Made by a program: the position numbers and the translations under genes. The notes beneath the pieces were generated by a model. That model was not told the DNA's origin. It searched no databases and worked only from the letters and a program-made list of their open reading frames with translations. Positions 1 to 12,375 of a DNA stretch of 64,000 nucleotides are shown piece by piece. Numbering within the stretch: position 1 is the stretch's first letter; every line of letters starts with the position of its first letter. The DNA comes from Octopus vulgaris (Eukaryota): positions 80,538,001 through 80,602,000 of the forward strand of contig OX597831.1 in the NCBI GenBank assembly GCA_951406725.2, in the 5' to 3' direction.

Positions 1-216
1 ACCAACCTGGACAGTTTACAAGCCTTCTCGCCCCTCCTGTATGACTATGAGAAAGCCATGTCTCCTAGCGAGGCCAGAGGGAGAGGCGGTGTAGTAGTAC
101 TAGTCCGGAAAGACTTGGCTCTGCGGACAAGTACAGTCTATGTGGACCCTGAAGGTGGGCTGGTCGTCCTTGATGTGACATCCAGCAGTAAGGCCTTCAG
201 GTTGATCGGAATCTAT
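1..216 (+). pseudogene. Fragment of a LINE AP-endonuclease domain (L1/Tx1-like)
   Basis: GRGGVVVLVRK...VDPEGGLVVLDV...AFRLIGIY; a related degenerate piece (DSDRELMVPDL..AFRLVIFYAPT) lies at ~1690-1800 on the minus strand. Confidence 0.6.
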
Positions 217-277
217 GTTTGTCTGTCCTTGTTCGTCCCCTCTTTGTAATGCCTTCATGGCAAATTTTATGACATAA

Positions 278-421
278 AGTAGCTTGCTTACCAGTCACAT
301 GGTCATGGGTTCAGTCGCACTGCGTGGCACCTTGGGCAAGTGTCTTCTACTTTAGTCTCGGGCCGACCAAAGACTTGTGAGTGGATTTAGTAGACAGAAA
401 CTGGAAGAAGCCCGTCGTATA

Positions 422-475
<54 letters not shown>

Positions 476-669
476 TGTTTGTGTTGACAACCGATGGTGG
501 TGTATTTACGTCCCCGTAACTTAGCGGTTCGGCAAAAGAGACCGATAGAATAAGTACTAGGCTTACAAAAAATAAGTCCCGGGGTGGATTTGCTCGACTG
601 AAGGCGGTGCTCCAGCATGGCCGCAGTCAAATGACTGAAACAAGTAAAAGAATAAAAGAATAAAAGAAT
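278..669 (+). mobile_element. SINE family A (tRNA-like head, internal (AT)/(GT) tract, gtaaaaga tail)
   Basis: B-box-like gggttcagtc; more than 10 related copies in the window. Confidence 0.85.
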
Positions 670-3600
670 ATTCTATGATTCTCGATCAGGATTTACTTAC
701 TAAATTGACACGAATCCAATAACTTTTGTGGGGGGGGTAATTACTACTGATTATTGTCGATTGCCCCCACAACACCCCCAACAACACCCGCCGCCTTCCA
801 CTAATCAAATTCTTTAATCCGGTCTCTCTAAACTTGGCAAGATGGGAAAGACGCGTTCAGCCTCCGGTGACTGGCATCTCTGTCAATGCAGCCTCTCAGA
901 ATCGTCTGTAAGTCAATAAACGGGGAGAACAGAAGTTGTCCACAATTCAAAGTCGGCAGCTATACAAACGACACAAATTCCTGGTCTATACAACCGGCGA
1001 ATTTGAGTTGTGAAACAAACTCTGCTACTCCTATCTACGGAATTCTCTACCAAGGAAATATCTGAATAACCTGATGTTATTTGTTCGCGCATTCGAGAAA
1101 TCTATTCAGTACCTATCAGCCAGCTGGAAACAGTTGAGTATATTTGCGAGGTTTTTATACCTCACTCTCCTATCAACAAGGGTATCTTTTTTCTTCAGAG
1201 ATGTAAATAAACCCAATCTGTTTCTTAAACGAATATATAATATGTAATGTGTGTATCTGTGCAACAGAGAGGGAAATTAAAACTGCATATGTTGTGAACT
1301 TAGAATATGTGTTTATTAATAAAAGTTTAATAACGATAATCTTTTATTCATGGGAACGTAACTGATATGAAATATGTCATAAATAACAGTGACAAACTGA
1401 GTAGACACCGCAGGAAATTGTTGTTGACAAACTACAGCAGAAATTGTATTCACCTCAATAGACGTCATTGATTGGTTGAAATTGCCGAAATGCAAGAAAT
1501 TTAACAAGAAATAGCTTACAAACTACAGAATTTTCTCAAGAAAGCCAAGAGAAAAAGATGTTTTATGTAACACATTCTACCAGAATACGAAGTTTAAAAG
1601 TGTTTAGTTACAAAGAAATTATTTCAAAAGTCTGCCGGTCAAAGTGAAAAGATCCAGAAGTTTCAAACAAAACCTCCAGGGGCCTCTTTCTAGTCGGAGC
1701 ATAGAAAATGACTAGTCTAAAGGCACCGGCTTCGCTGCTGTTCAAGTCTGGGACCATCAATTCACGGTCTGAGTCCAGGAAGATCGGACCTGTCTTGAGG
1801 CCCATGTCTTTCCAACACAGCACCGTCACCCTGCGAGTATTATTTATTTGTCAACAGATTAAATATTTGTAAAGGCAGGATTTTAACTCAGAACGTAAAA
1901 ACGTGGAAGAAATATTACGAGGCATTTTGTGCAGGGCTTTCGCCACTAATGCCTGTGTGTGTGTGTGTGTGCGTGTGAGTATGCATGTGTGTTTGTGTTT
2001 GTCCCTCTCACCGTTTGATAACTAGGGTTGGTTTGTTTACGTCCCCGTGAATAAACGATTTGGCTAAACAGACCGATAGAATAAAGGGCCAAACTTCGAA
2101 AGAATAACTAATGGGATCGAACTGTTCCAATGAACCCTTTAAGGCAGTGTTCCAGCATGGCCGCAGTTCAGTGACCAGAACCGAAAATAAATAAAAAGAT
2201 ATTTACTTTTTTACCTTCTACACGCTGCAGTTTCATTGCTTAGAAGTGTATCCTCAGCTTCAGTATTCCGAGACCCTCCTGGGACTAATGACTGGATGAT
2301 TTAGACGGTGTCACCTGTTACTATAGAGTACTGGCCCTTTCACAAGAATTATTAGATCTGGGTATTAATCTGATCAGTTATTTCTTGAAGTCCGGTGACC
2401 AAACACTGGTACCTAAGCCAAATAAAGAAAAGCATTTACCACCTCTGTTCGACCTTTCAAACATGGATTCTGCATTAAACTGACTACTCTGGTCATCTCC
2501 CCATTCTACTTCCTATCTAACAAGGGTCTGTATTGAGTCAGACAACGAATATTTTAACTGGACCTTCGGTTTAGTGACAAATGCCGTCATAATCTTGTCA
2601 TTGAAGCTGGTTAATTTTTACTTGTCCCAAATTTAATTTTTACAGTCCCAAAAGGAACTGTATCTAATCCATTTATTTGCTGTATTTCCCATCCATCCAG
2701 AGTCTGGATAGAGTCAAACTCCAAATAATTTAACCGGACTCTCAGTTCAGAGTCAAAAATCACCATTAAACTTGTCAACGAAAGTGGTTAACTTTTATTG
2801 TCCTGATTAATCTTAATCCAAAATAGAAGCGGATTAAATCTATTTCCTTGTCCTATTCCAATTTAATTTAGAGTCTGGATGGAATCATTCGAATAGATTA
2901 ACCTGACTCCGGTTCAGTGACAGTGTCATAGACTTCTCGTTGACGGGGGTTAATTTTAACTGATCCGGGTTAATGTTGGCTCAGCTAATCACACAAATCA
3001 ACACTCAAGTCATTTCCTTCATAAGCAATACTAAGTTCACAGGCTTAGACAAAACCACAACCGTTACATTCAAAGAATGCAGCTCAGAATTATATTGTCC
3101 AAAACAAACTTTCTAACTTCATATTTCTTTGATCTGTGGCATCAAATTTTGCAGATTTACAATCATATATCACACCCTAACAGAGAAAGGAAAACCCTTT
3201 TTATCATAACAAACAAACAGCCCTTTTTCCTTTTCTTTTTTTTTTCCCATTATCAACAATTTTAAGGAAGAAATATATCAATATTCATCCCTATTAGCTT
3301 CCTGTGCATATTCTATGTACTGTTGTAGTGCACCAGAGCACTGCACACGATAAGTTCGTTATATTCATTATAGAACAGCTTGTTTCATGCTATAACATTC
3401 ACAGACAGGTTTCACATTCAAAACTCAAGAACTGAAACTTGCTATAAAGATGAGCAAACTGTGGGCCACGGGGTAGTATCAGAATGCTGCCCGCCTGGTT
3501 GTGAGACATGTCTTAAGCGAACCGCTTCTCGAAAAAGATCGCCTTTTAGAGACCGAAATACTTTTCAAGGGAGGCAATTAAGAAAAAAAAAAATTACTGA

Positions 3601-4129
3601 AGCAAGGGGAATAACTCTTAAATTCGTTTTCCAAGGGAATTAATTATTGCAATTAATTATTATTACCCGTTCCAGTATACTTCGAAAGAAACACAGGTTC
3701 AAATCTGCCCGAAGCATATTTCAGCCGCTGATAGCTTTGTGTTTATAGTCACTTCACTGCTTAGCGCTGCCACCCGATAATTTGTTTCCAGTGATCCCCC
3801 GATTAACGCTATCGGTGATTCTGCGATGACCGGAATATTATAAGAGAGACGATTTCTCTCCTCAGCTCGCAACGCAGCCGGCGCTCAGCCATGTTGCCCT
3901 CAGCATCATCATCGTTGTTGCAACCATCGCAATCGCCTCAGCTGCCGTAAGCAGCGCCAGAGCCACCAGCAACACCACCACCACCACCACCACCACTGCA
4001 CCGTCGTTGCTCTCGTGAACTCCTGGCTGATAAATAATTCTTTCGAATTTTGACCCCAAATCAGACCTTTCTGCTGTTAGTACAAGACCCGAAATATATT
4101 GGAGGGAGAGAAGGAGGGGAATGAGGGGG

Positions 4130-4805
4130 GAAGAGGTTGAGAAGAAAGAAGAAGAAGAAGAAGGAGGAGGAGGAGGAGGAGGAGGAGGAGGAGGAGAAGA
4201 AGAAGAAGAAGAAGAAGAAGAAGAAGAAGAAGAAGAAGAAGAAGAAGAAGAAGAAGAAGAAGAAGAAGAAGAAGAAGAAGAAGAAGGCGAAGAAGAAGAA
4301 GGTGAAGAAGAAGAGGAGGAGGAGGAGGGGAAGGAGGAGGAAGAAGAAGTGGCAGAGGAGGAGGAAGAAGGAGGAGGAGGAGGAGAAGAAAAAAGCAGCA
4401 GCGGAGGAGGAGGGGAGGAGGGGGAAGAAGAAGAAGAAGAAGTGGAGGAAGAGGAAGAAGAAGAAGAAGAAGAAGTGGAGGAAGAGGAAGTGGAAGAAGA
4501 AGAAGTGGAGGAAGAGGAAGTGGAGGAAGAAGAAGTGGAGGAAGAGGAAGTGGAGGAAGAGGAAGAAGAAGTGGAGGAAGAGGAAGTGGAGGAAGAAGAA
4601 GTGGAGGAAGAGGAAGAAGAGGGGAGGAGGGGGGAAGAAGAAGAGGAGGAGGGGGTGCGGGGGAGGAAGAAGAAGAAGAAGAAGAAGAAGAAGAAGAAGA
4701 AGAAGAAGAAGAGGAGGACGAGGAGGGGGAGGAAGAAGAAGAAGAAGAAGAAGAAGAAGAAGCAGAAGAAGAAGAGGAGGAGGACGACGACGACGACGAC
4801 GACTT
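4130..4805. repeat. Polypurine (GAA/GGA)n compound microsatellite
   Basis: Direct inspection. Confidence 0.97.
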
Positions 4806-5193
4806 CATCGGCCCCATGGCTCAACTGCGATAATTTATATTATCAACCCTGAAAGAGTGAAAGGCAAGTTGAACCCCGGCAAAATCTAAAGTCAGAAAGT
4901 AGAAAAAAAAAAAACAAGGAAAAAAAATAACGCTAAACATTGTGTCCGGCGCGCAACCGATTCGTCGCCTTAATAAAAAAAAATAATAACCCTTTTTATT
5001 ATCGGCAGAAGGCCCGAAATTCTCGGGGACAGGTTTAGTCGATTATATCGATCCAAGTACTTGACTGGTACTTTATTTTAAGGAACTGAAAGGATGAAAG
5101 CTAAAACTGATCTCCGCGAAAATTGAACTCAAGATGTAAAGATCCGGAAAAAATGACGCTAAGCATTTTGTCCAGTGTGCCAACGAGTCAGCC

Positions 5194-5246
<53 letters not shown>

Positions 5247-5344
5247 CACTGGGATAAAATATACGAAGCCCAGTATAACCCATCATGACTACCCGTCTGA
5301 TAAGGGTACACCAGGTACATGCATCACAACCATATGTACATAGC

Positions 5345-5535
5345 ATTAAGACTTCTTAAGGCCACTGGAAATCCCATGCAATATTGATGTCTTGCAAAAA
5401 GCATCCTTATTGGGCACAGAGCACATCTTAAGGAAAGTATTATCTGTCTGAGGTTCTTGTTGTAACTTAACAGATGAATAAAGACTCCGGTGCATATTGT
5501 TTTTTACCTAGACTGTGTTACGAAGGAATAATAAC
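5345..5535 (+). mobile_element. 3' end of a second Dong/R4-like family
   Basis: LEIPCNIDVLQKASLLGTEHILRKVLSV* followed by a short UTR and an AAT-rich tail. Confidence 0.6.
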
Positions 5536-7008
5536 AATAATGTTTTCAAAGTTTGCCACAATGGCAGCAGTATTCTGTGGGGGGAGGGGGCCAATCGATT
5601 ACATCGACCCCAGTGTTTCACTGGTACTTATTTTATCGACCCCGAGAAGATGAAAGGCAAAGTCGACCTCGGCGGAATTTGAACTCAGAACGTAAAAACA
5701 GACGAAATGCCGCTGAATAATAATAATCGTTTCAAACTTTTTGACACCAGACACGTAATTTTAGGGGTTAATCGGTACCATCCCCCCCCACCACGCAGTA
5801 TGTGACTGGTACTTTATTTTATCGAGGGAGTTGAAAGACAAAGCTTGACGTCGGCTGGATTTGAACCGCGGTCGATACCGTTTGCGTCACATTTTACCAC
5901 AAACACAATATATATATATCCCAAATATCATTATACCCCGCTACCATGACCACCACAATCGACGCAGCCATCATGTTCCACCGCCAACATCGTCACCATC
6001 ACCATAATCGTCTTCGTCCTTGCCGCCGTCACCGCCGCCGCCACCACCACCATCGTCCTGCACCTTCCCCCCTTTGTGCTCGTCGTTATAACAACAATCT
6101 AACATCATCATCATCATCATTGTCATCATCAACATCACCACTACCATCATCATCATTATCATCACCGCTGCCGCCGCCATCGCCACCACCACAATCATCA
6201 TCATCATCATCATCATCATCACCGCCGCCGCCATCGCCACCACCATCACCACTACTACCATTATCATCATCATCATCACTACCACCACTACCACAACCAC
6301 CACCACCACCATCACCATCATTATCACCATCATCATCACCACCACTACCACCACCACTACCACCATCATCATCATCACCATCACCATCATTACTGTCATT
6401 ACCGTCGTCGTCGTCGTCGTCACCATCACCGCCATTTCCTTCACGACCACCACCACCGACACTTCCACCACCACATTCATCAACATCATCACCACTTCCA
6501 CCCTCTTTACCTTCATCAAATCCACTATGACCCCCCCACCACCACCACCACCATCGCGACCATCAGTATTATTACTACCACCATCACCACCACGACCTTT
6601 ACCATCATCATCACCACCAGCATCGTCATTATCGCAACCATTCGATATTCAATCAATACCTCACCAATACATACCTCGTATCGATCTAAATTAATGGGAA
6701 ATATCAAAGTTGCAACACTATTTCTACCTGTCTAAAGATTTCCACTCACCACCCTCCCTCCCACCTCTTCCACCCTCTCTCTCTCTATATATATATATAT
6801 ACTCATACACCTATGTGCGTTTATATGTATGTACGTACGTATGCATGTATGTATGTGTGGATGAATGTATGTGTGGATGAATGTATATGTGTATGTATGA
6901 ATGTATGTATGCATATGTGTGAGTGTATGTCCACGCCCGTGTGTCCGTCCGTATCTCTATGTAACGATCCCTATATCTCTGTATGTTTATGTGTGTATGT
7001 ATGTGCCT

Positions 7009-7064
<56 letters not shown>

Positions 7065-7141
7065 AGGAACACACGAGTTGATATATATGAAAAAACAAGT
7101 CAAAAATAGAAAATGCTAAAATAATTTTATAGTGAACATTT

Positions 7142-7179
7142 CAGTACCGGTTTCGGTCATTTTGAGACCTTTTCAACTG
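7142..7179 (-). ncRNA. Mirror copy of the hammerhead motif in the PLE 3' end
   Basis: Exact reverse complement of 11886..11923. Confidence 0.75.
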
Positions 7180-7943
7180 TAACGATTAAATAATTAAATT
7201 TAGAAAAATTAGAAGAAAAGTTTTTTTAAAAGAATATTTCTATAGTAGTGTTCAGATATAAGTGGCATTCTGCCTTTCTCTGACTCCCTTGTTTGCACTT
7301 GTGTGTTCGAGGTAGTTGTGAGTTCTTGGTAGGGTAGTAGAGGGAAGGCTGGTGAGGAAAGGGGGTGGGAGAATCTGGGAGTGCCCTGATGGTCGTATTT
7401 TGAATGGTCAGTGGCGGCTGGCAGTCTCAGTTGAATTCAGGAGAATATTTATATTGACAGGCTTGTTTATAGACTTAGCGTAGGTGTTATACTAAAAAAC
7501 ATTAGTGACAAAGTTAAGGGGTAGGGGGTGGAGAAGTAGAAGAAGAAGAAGAAGAAGAAGAAGAAGAAGAAGAAGAAGAAGAAGAAGAAGAAGAAGAAGA
7601 AGAAGAAGAAGAAGAAGAAGGAGAAGGAGAAGATGACGATGATGGTGATGGTGGTGATGATTATGACGACGATGATGATGATAATGATGATGATGAAGAA
7701 GAAGAAGAAGAAGAAGGAGAAGATGGTGGTGATGATGGTGGTGATGATGATGACGCCGATGATGATGATAATGATGATGATGAAGAAGAAGAGGAAGAAG
7801 AAGAAGAAGAAAAAAACAGAGAAGGGAGAATATGAATGGGTGTAAATATAGCTATGAAGGGGCTGATTAGTAATGGATTCTATGGAGTGTAGTATTTGTG
7901 TGTGTATATATATTTTTTTCTTTTATTCTAAAGTTGAGGTATA

Positions 7944-9869
7944 TTAATTGTTTGTCGTAGACCCGTTAAGAAGTGGCTTGTATTTTGTAATAAAGAGATT
8001 TTCTTTACTTATTCGTTGTCTCGAGGTTGTATCGTCCCTAAATTGGTAGAGGGGGAAAATTCTGAAGTTTGGTGTTTTTTTGTTGGCGCAAGTATCTATG
8101 TGTTGGCTAAAAGCTATTTTTCTGTTTTGGGGAATTTTTATCTGGGATCTGTGCAGGGCCATTCGTTTACGCAAACCATTTTTTGTTTGGCCTATGTACT
8201 GCTCTTGACACCCGGAGCAGGTTAGTGAGTATATTAGGTTCTCCGAAGCACATGTGAAGTTGCTTTTCACTGTAAACCGTTGTCCCTGTTTGAAGGAGAA
8301 CTCAGAACCCTCGATTAGATAGTCGCATATCCCGCAATTGGGTCTTCCACATTTTTTTACTGTCGGCTTCTGTGTTGAAGAGTGAATTCGGGCTTGTGTA
8401 AGGAGACTTTTCATGGATCTAGGCTGTCTTTTGCTTTTTATGATCGTGTGTGTTTGGAGGATTGTGTTCATTCTGTGGTCTTTTTTTAGGAGGGGTATGT
8501 TGTGGAGGATGGTGTCGAAGGCTTCGTTATTGAGAGGGTTGTGTGTGGAGATGTATGGTAAGGCTTTTGGTTGTAAGTTTTTCTTTGATTTGGGATGTCT
8601 CAGTTCCTTGATGTTAAGTTGAAGGGCACGTTGAATGCACTTGTCAATAAGTGAAGGTGGATAGTTCCTGGTGATTAGGGTATCTTTTAGTTCTTGTAGT
8701 CGTGTGTCTCTGGTGTTTGCGTTAGAGACTATAGTGCATATCCTTTTTGCTAGATTGAAGGGGATATTCATCCTGGTGTGTCTGGGGTGGCATGAATTGA
8801 ATGGAAGATATTGCTTAGAGTCTGTAGGCTTATAGTATATGTCTGTTTCTATTATATTATTAGCTTTCTTAATGAGGATATCGAGGAAGGGGAGTTGTTG
8901 TTGGCTATATTCCATCGTGAATTGGATGTTTACGTCCAGTCCGTTTAAAATTTTCTGGAATTCTATGAGTTTTTCTATATTTTTATGCCAAAGGATGAAA
9001 CAGTCATCTAGATATCTCTTCCAGTTGTTTTCTATGTAGATGGAGAAAGGGCTGCCATATCTTTCTAGAACCTTACGATACAGACTGATCTCTAGGTATC
9101 CTATGACTAGGTTGGCAAAGGAGGGGGCCATTCGTGTACCCATCGCAGTCCCCGATTTTTGTCGGTAGAAGTTGTCATTGAAGGCGAAGAAGTTATTTTC
9201 CAGGATGAATTTAACCCCTTCTATCACAAATTCTTTTTTGATGCGGTGTGGTAGTTCGTTGGCGTGATTCTCTAGCCAGAATTGGATTGCCTCTAGTCCT
9301 AGGTTGTGGGGGATATTGGAGTAGAGGTTGACTACATCGAAGGATACCAGTATGGTGTTTTTGTTTATAGTATTCGGTAGGTGATTGAGCATATCTAAGT
9401 CGTCCCTTATATAGCTTTTGACATGTTTGAGGAGTGGTTTTAACAGGGTGTCTAAAAAGTTACTGAGGCGGTGGGTTTCGCATGCGGGACCTGCTATTAT
9501 GGGTCTCAATTTGAGGTCATTAGGATTAGGGACTTTAATTATTTTGTCTGTAGCTATCTTGCATGCGTTGCTTATTTTTTCACTTTTGTGGATCTTAGGT
9601 ATACCGTAGAATTGGCTAGTTTTACTTGTGAAATTGGTCATATAATCATATTCTTTGTCGGTGAGCCCTGCTTTGTATGGGTTTAATATGGATTTTAGTT
9701 CCCTCATTATTTTTTGTTGACTGTAGTTTTGTGCCTTTTCATAGTATGTTGTGTCTTCCAGCATAGAAAGTACCAAAGTTATGTAAAATGTCGTATCCAT
9801 TAAGACAACAGCACTCCCTTTATCGGCCTCTTTGATTGTTATTGTTTTATCTAGTTTTAATTTGTTCAA
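7944..9869 (-). CDS. PLE polyprotein, main frame: reverse transcriptase + Cys-rich linker + GIY-YIG endonuclease
   Basis: Motifs KEADKG, FYGIPKIHK, LRPII, SFDVVNLYSNIP, GTAMGT, RYLDD, LPFLD, YYKPT, SCHP, CGRPNCGIC, NLIY-x9-YIGQT; no internal stops over 641 aa. Confidence 0.95.
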   Translation of the reverse strand: MNKLKLDKTITIKEADKGSAVVLMDTTFYITLVLSMLEDTTYYEKAQNYSQQKIMRELKSILNPYKAGLTDKEYDYMTNFTSKTSQFYGIPKIHKSEKISNACKIATDKIIKVPNPNDLKLRPIIAGPACETHRLSNFLDTLLKPLLKHVKSYIRDDLDMLNHLPNTINKNTILVSFDVVNLYSNIPHNLGLEAIQFWLENHANELPHRIKKEFVIEGVKFILENNFFAFNDNFYRQKSGTAMGTRMAPSFANLVIGYLEISLYRKVLERYGSPFSIYIENNWKRYLDDCFILWHKNIEKLIEFQKILNGLDVNIQFTMEYSQQQLPFLDILIKKANNIIETDIYYKPTDSKQYLPFNSCHPRHTRMNIPFNLAKRICTIVSNANTRDTRLQELKDTLITRNYPPSLIDKCIQRALQLNIKELRHPKSKKNLQPKALPYISTHNPLNNEAFDTILHNIPLLKKDHRMNTILQTHTIIKSKRQPRSMKSLLTQARIHSSTQKPTVKKCGRPNCGICDYLIEGSEFSFKQGQRFTVKSNFTCASENLIYSLTCSGCQEQYIGQTKNGLRKRMALHRSQIKIPQNRKIAFSQHIDTCANKKTPNFRIFPLYQFRDDTTSRQRISKENLFITKYKPLLNGSTTNN

Positions 9870-9879
9870 CTCAGCCCAT

Positions 9880-10214
9880 TCTTTTTGCTGAAGTTTGGTT
9901 TGTGTTTTTGTTTGTGCATATGTTGATATGGGTAATTTGATATGTGGTCACAGAAATCATCAAGTGTTTTATTCTTACCTTTCGAGGGGGTGTAGTTACT
10001 CCTATTTCTGGCTAACGATTCGTCCTCGTTGTATTTATCGTATAGCTCCTCAGTAAGTCTTAATTTTCTGCAGAATTCTGCGATGTCTTCTTTCATTTCA
10101 TTGTAGTTGGGGTGTTGTGGGGTGGGTGTAAACTTGAGTCCTTTGGAAAGTATGTTTATTTGGTTTGCTGTTAGTTCCTTGTGAGTTAGATTAATAATTT
10201 TTATTACTTTTGGT
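9880..10214 (-). CDS. PLE polyprotein N-terminal segment, separated from the main frame by a 1-nt frameshift
   Basis: IINLT...LSKGLKFTPTP is the typical PLE N-terminal motif; adding one A in the run at 9882-9886 joins it to ...KEWAELNKLKLDKTITIKEADKG. Confidence 0.85.
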
Positions 10215-11275
10215 TCATTAAGAAAGCTAATAATATAATAGAAACAGACATATACTATAAGCCTACAGACTCTAAGCAATATCTTCCATTCAATTCATGC
10301 CACCCCAGACACACCAGGATGAATATCCCCTTCAATCTAGCAAAAAGGATATGCACTATAGTCTCTAACGCAAACACCAGAGACACACGACTACAAGAAC
10401 TAAAAGATACCCTAATCACCAGGAACTATCCACCTTCACTTATTGACAAGTGCATTCAACGTGCCCTTCAACTTAACATCAAGGAACTGAGACATCCCAA
10501 ATCAAAGAAAAACTTACAACCAAAAGCCTTACCATACATCTCCACACACAACCCTCTCAATAACGAAGCCTTCGACACCATCCTCCACAACATACCCCTC
10601 CTAAAAAAAGACCACAGAATGAACACAATCCTCCAAACACACACGATCATAAAAAGCAAAAGACAGCCTAGATCCATGAAAAGTCTCCTTACACAAGCCC
10701 GAATTCACTCTTCAACACAGAAGCCGACAGTAAAAAAATGTGGAAGACCCAATTGCGGGATATGCGACTATCTAATCGAGGGTTCTGAGTTCTCCTTCAA
10801 ACAGGGACAACGGTTTACAGTGAAAAGCAACTTCACATGTGCTTCGGAGAACCTAATATACTCACTAACCTGCTCCGGGTGTCAAGAGCAGTACATAGGC
10901 CAAACAAAAAATGGTTTGCGTAAACGAATGGCCCTGCACAGATCCCAGATAAAAATTCCCCAAAACAGAAAAATAGCTTTTAGCCAACACATAGATACTT
11001 GCGCCAACAAAAAAACACCAAACTTCAGAATTTTCCCCCTCTACCAATTTAGGGACGATACAACCTCGAGACAACGAATAAGTAAAGAAAATCTCTTTAT
11101 TACAAAATACAAGCCACTTCTTAACGGGTCTACGACAAACAATTAATATACCTCAACTTTAGAATAAAAGAAAAAATATATATACACACACAAATACTAC
11201 ACTCCATAGAATCCATTACTAATCAGCCCCTTCATAGCTATATTTACACCCATTCATATTCTCCCTTCTCTGTTT

Positions 11276-11308
<33 letters not shown>

Positions 11309-12005
11309 ATCATCATCATTATCATCATCATCGGCGTCATCATCATCACCACCATCATCACCACCATCTTCTCCTTCTTCTTCTTCTTCTTCATCATCAT
11401 CATTATCATCATCATCGTCGTCATAATCATCACCACCATCACCATCATCGTCATCTTCTCCTTCTCCTTCTTTTCTTCTTCTTCTTCTTCTTCTTCTTCT
11501 TCTTCTTCTTCTTCTTCTTCTTCTTCTACTTCTCCACCCCCTACCCCTTAACTTTGTCACTAATGTTTTTTAGTATAACACCTACGCTAATTCTATAAAC
11601 AAGCCTGTCAATATAAATATTCTCCTGAATTGAACTGAGACTGCCAGCCGCCACTGACCATTCAAAATACGACCATCAGGGCACTCCCAGATTCTCCCAC
11701 CCCCTTTCCTCACCAGCCTTCCCTCTACTACCCTACCAAGAACTCACAACTACCTCGAACACACAAGTGCAAACAAGGGAGTCAGAGAAAGGCAGAATGC
11801 CACTTATATCTGAACACTACTATAGAAATATTCTTTTAAAAAAACTTTTCTTCTAATTTTTCTAAATTTAATTATTTAATCGTTACAGTTGAAAAGGTCT
11901 CAAAATGACCGAAACCGGTACTGAAATGTTCACTATAAAATTATTTTAGCATTTTCTATTTTTGACTTGTTTTTTCATATATATCAACTCGTGTGTTCCT
12001 TTTCA
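10215..12005 (+). mobile_element. Inverted copy of the PLE 3' 1.8 kb (inverted pseudo-LTR): RT thumb, GIY-YIG and 3' non-coding region
   Basis: Reverse complement of 7060..8875; ORF 10319..11146 translates identically to the last 275 aa of the main ORF; ends just before (TA)n. Confidence 0.97.
11886..11923 (+). ncRNA. Minimal type I hammerhead ribozyme motif, UUGAAAA core variant
   Basis: cag-TTGAAAA-GGTC(tcaaaat)GACC-GAAA-CCGG-TA-ctg: stem I cag/ctg, stem II GGTC/GACC, palindromic stem III ACCGGT. Confidence 0.75.
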
Positions 12006-12010
12006 CCCTT

Positions 12011-12122
<112 letters not shown>

Positions 12123-12152
12123 GAAGGTTTGGAGATGATGTACAGGTATTTT

Positions 12153-12375
12153 TATATTAGAAGAAATGAGGTAATCAGAAGATCGGATGGTTTATATTTA
12201 CAGATATTTATTTGTATATTACATTTTATATATATATATATCATATCACTTAGATCATTAGTGCTTTTTCCCATTCTAGTGGGGTTTTCAAATCAAACTG
12301 AGTTATATAAAAAATGTAATATACAAATAAATATCTGTAAATATAAACCATCCGATTTTCTGAGTACCTCATTTC

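Larger units (their letters stand above)
7060..10214 (-). mobile_element. Penelope-like retroelement (probably Neptune-type), 5'-truncated near the ORF N-terminus, 3' end abutting (TA)n
   Basis: Contains RT+GIY-YIG ORF, ~880 bp 3' non-coding region with a hammerhead motif; ends at (TA)n at ~7060. Confidence 0.95.

Noticed and set aside
3866-3947. Possible exon (tctcctcag ... gtaagc)
   Set aside because: Low-complexity translation grading into (CAC)n; no homology or partner exons.
3862-4889. Several 240-320 aa ORFs (poly-E/K/S/F)
   Set aside because: Stop-free trinucleotide microsatellite in all frames; the same applies to 5946-6530, 20900-21489, 30616-31285, 43630-44415 and 54173-54875.
10215-10279. 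N-terminal MLRVCRLIVY... of ORF 9866..10279
   Set aside because: It is antisense read-through of the inverted arm, not a genuine N-terminus.
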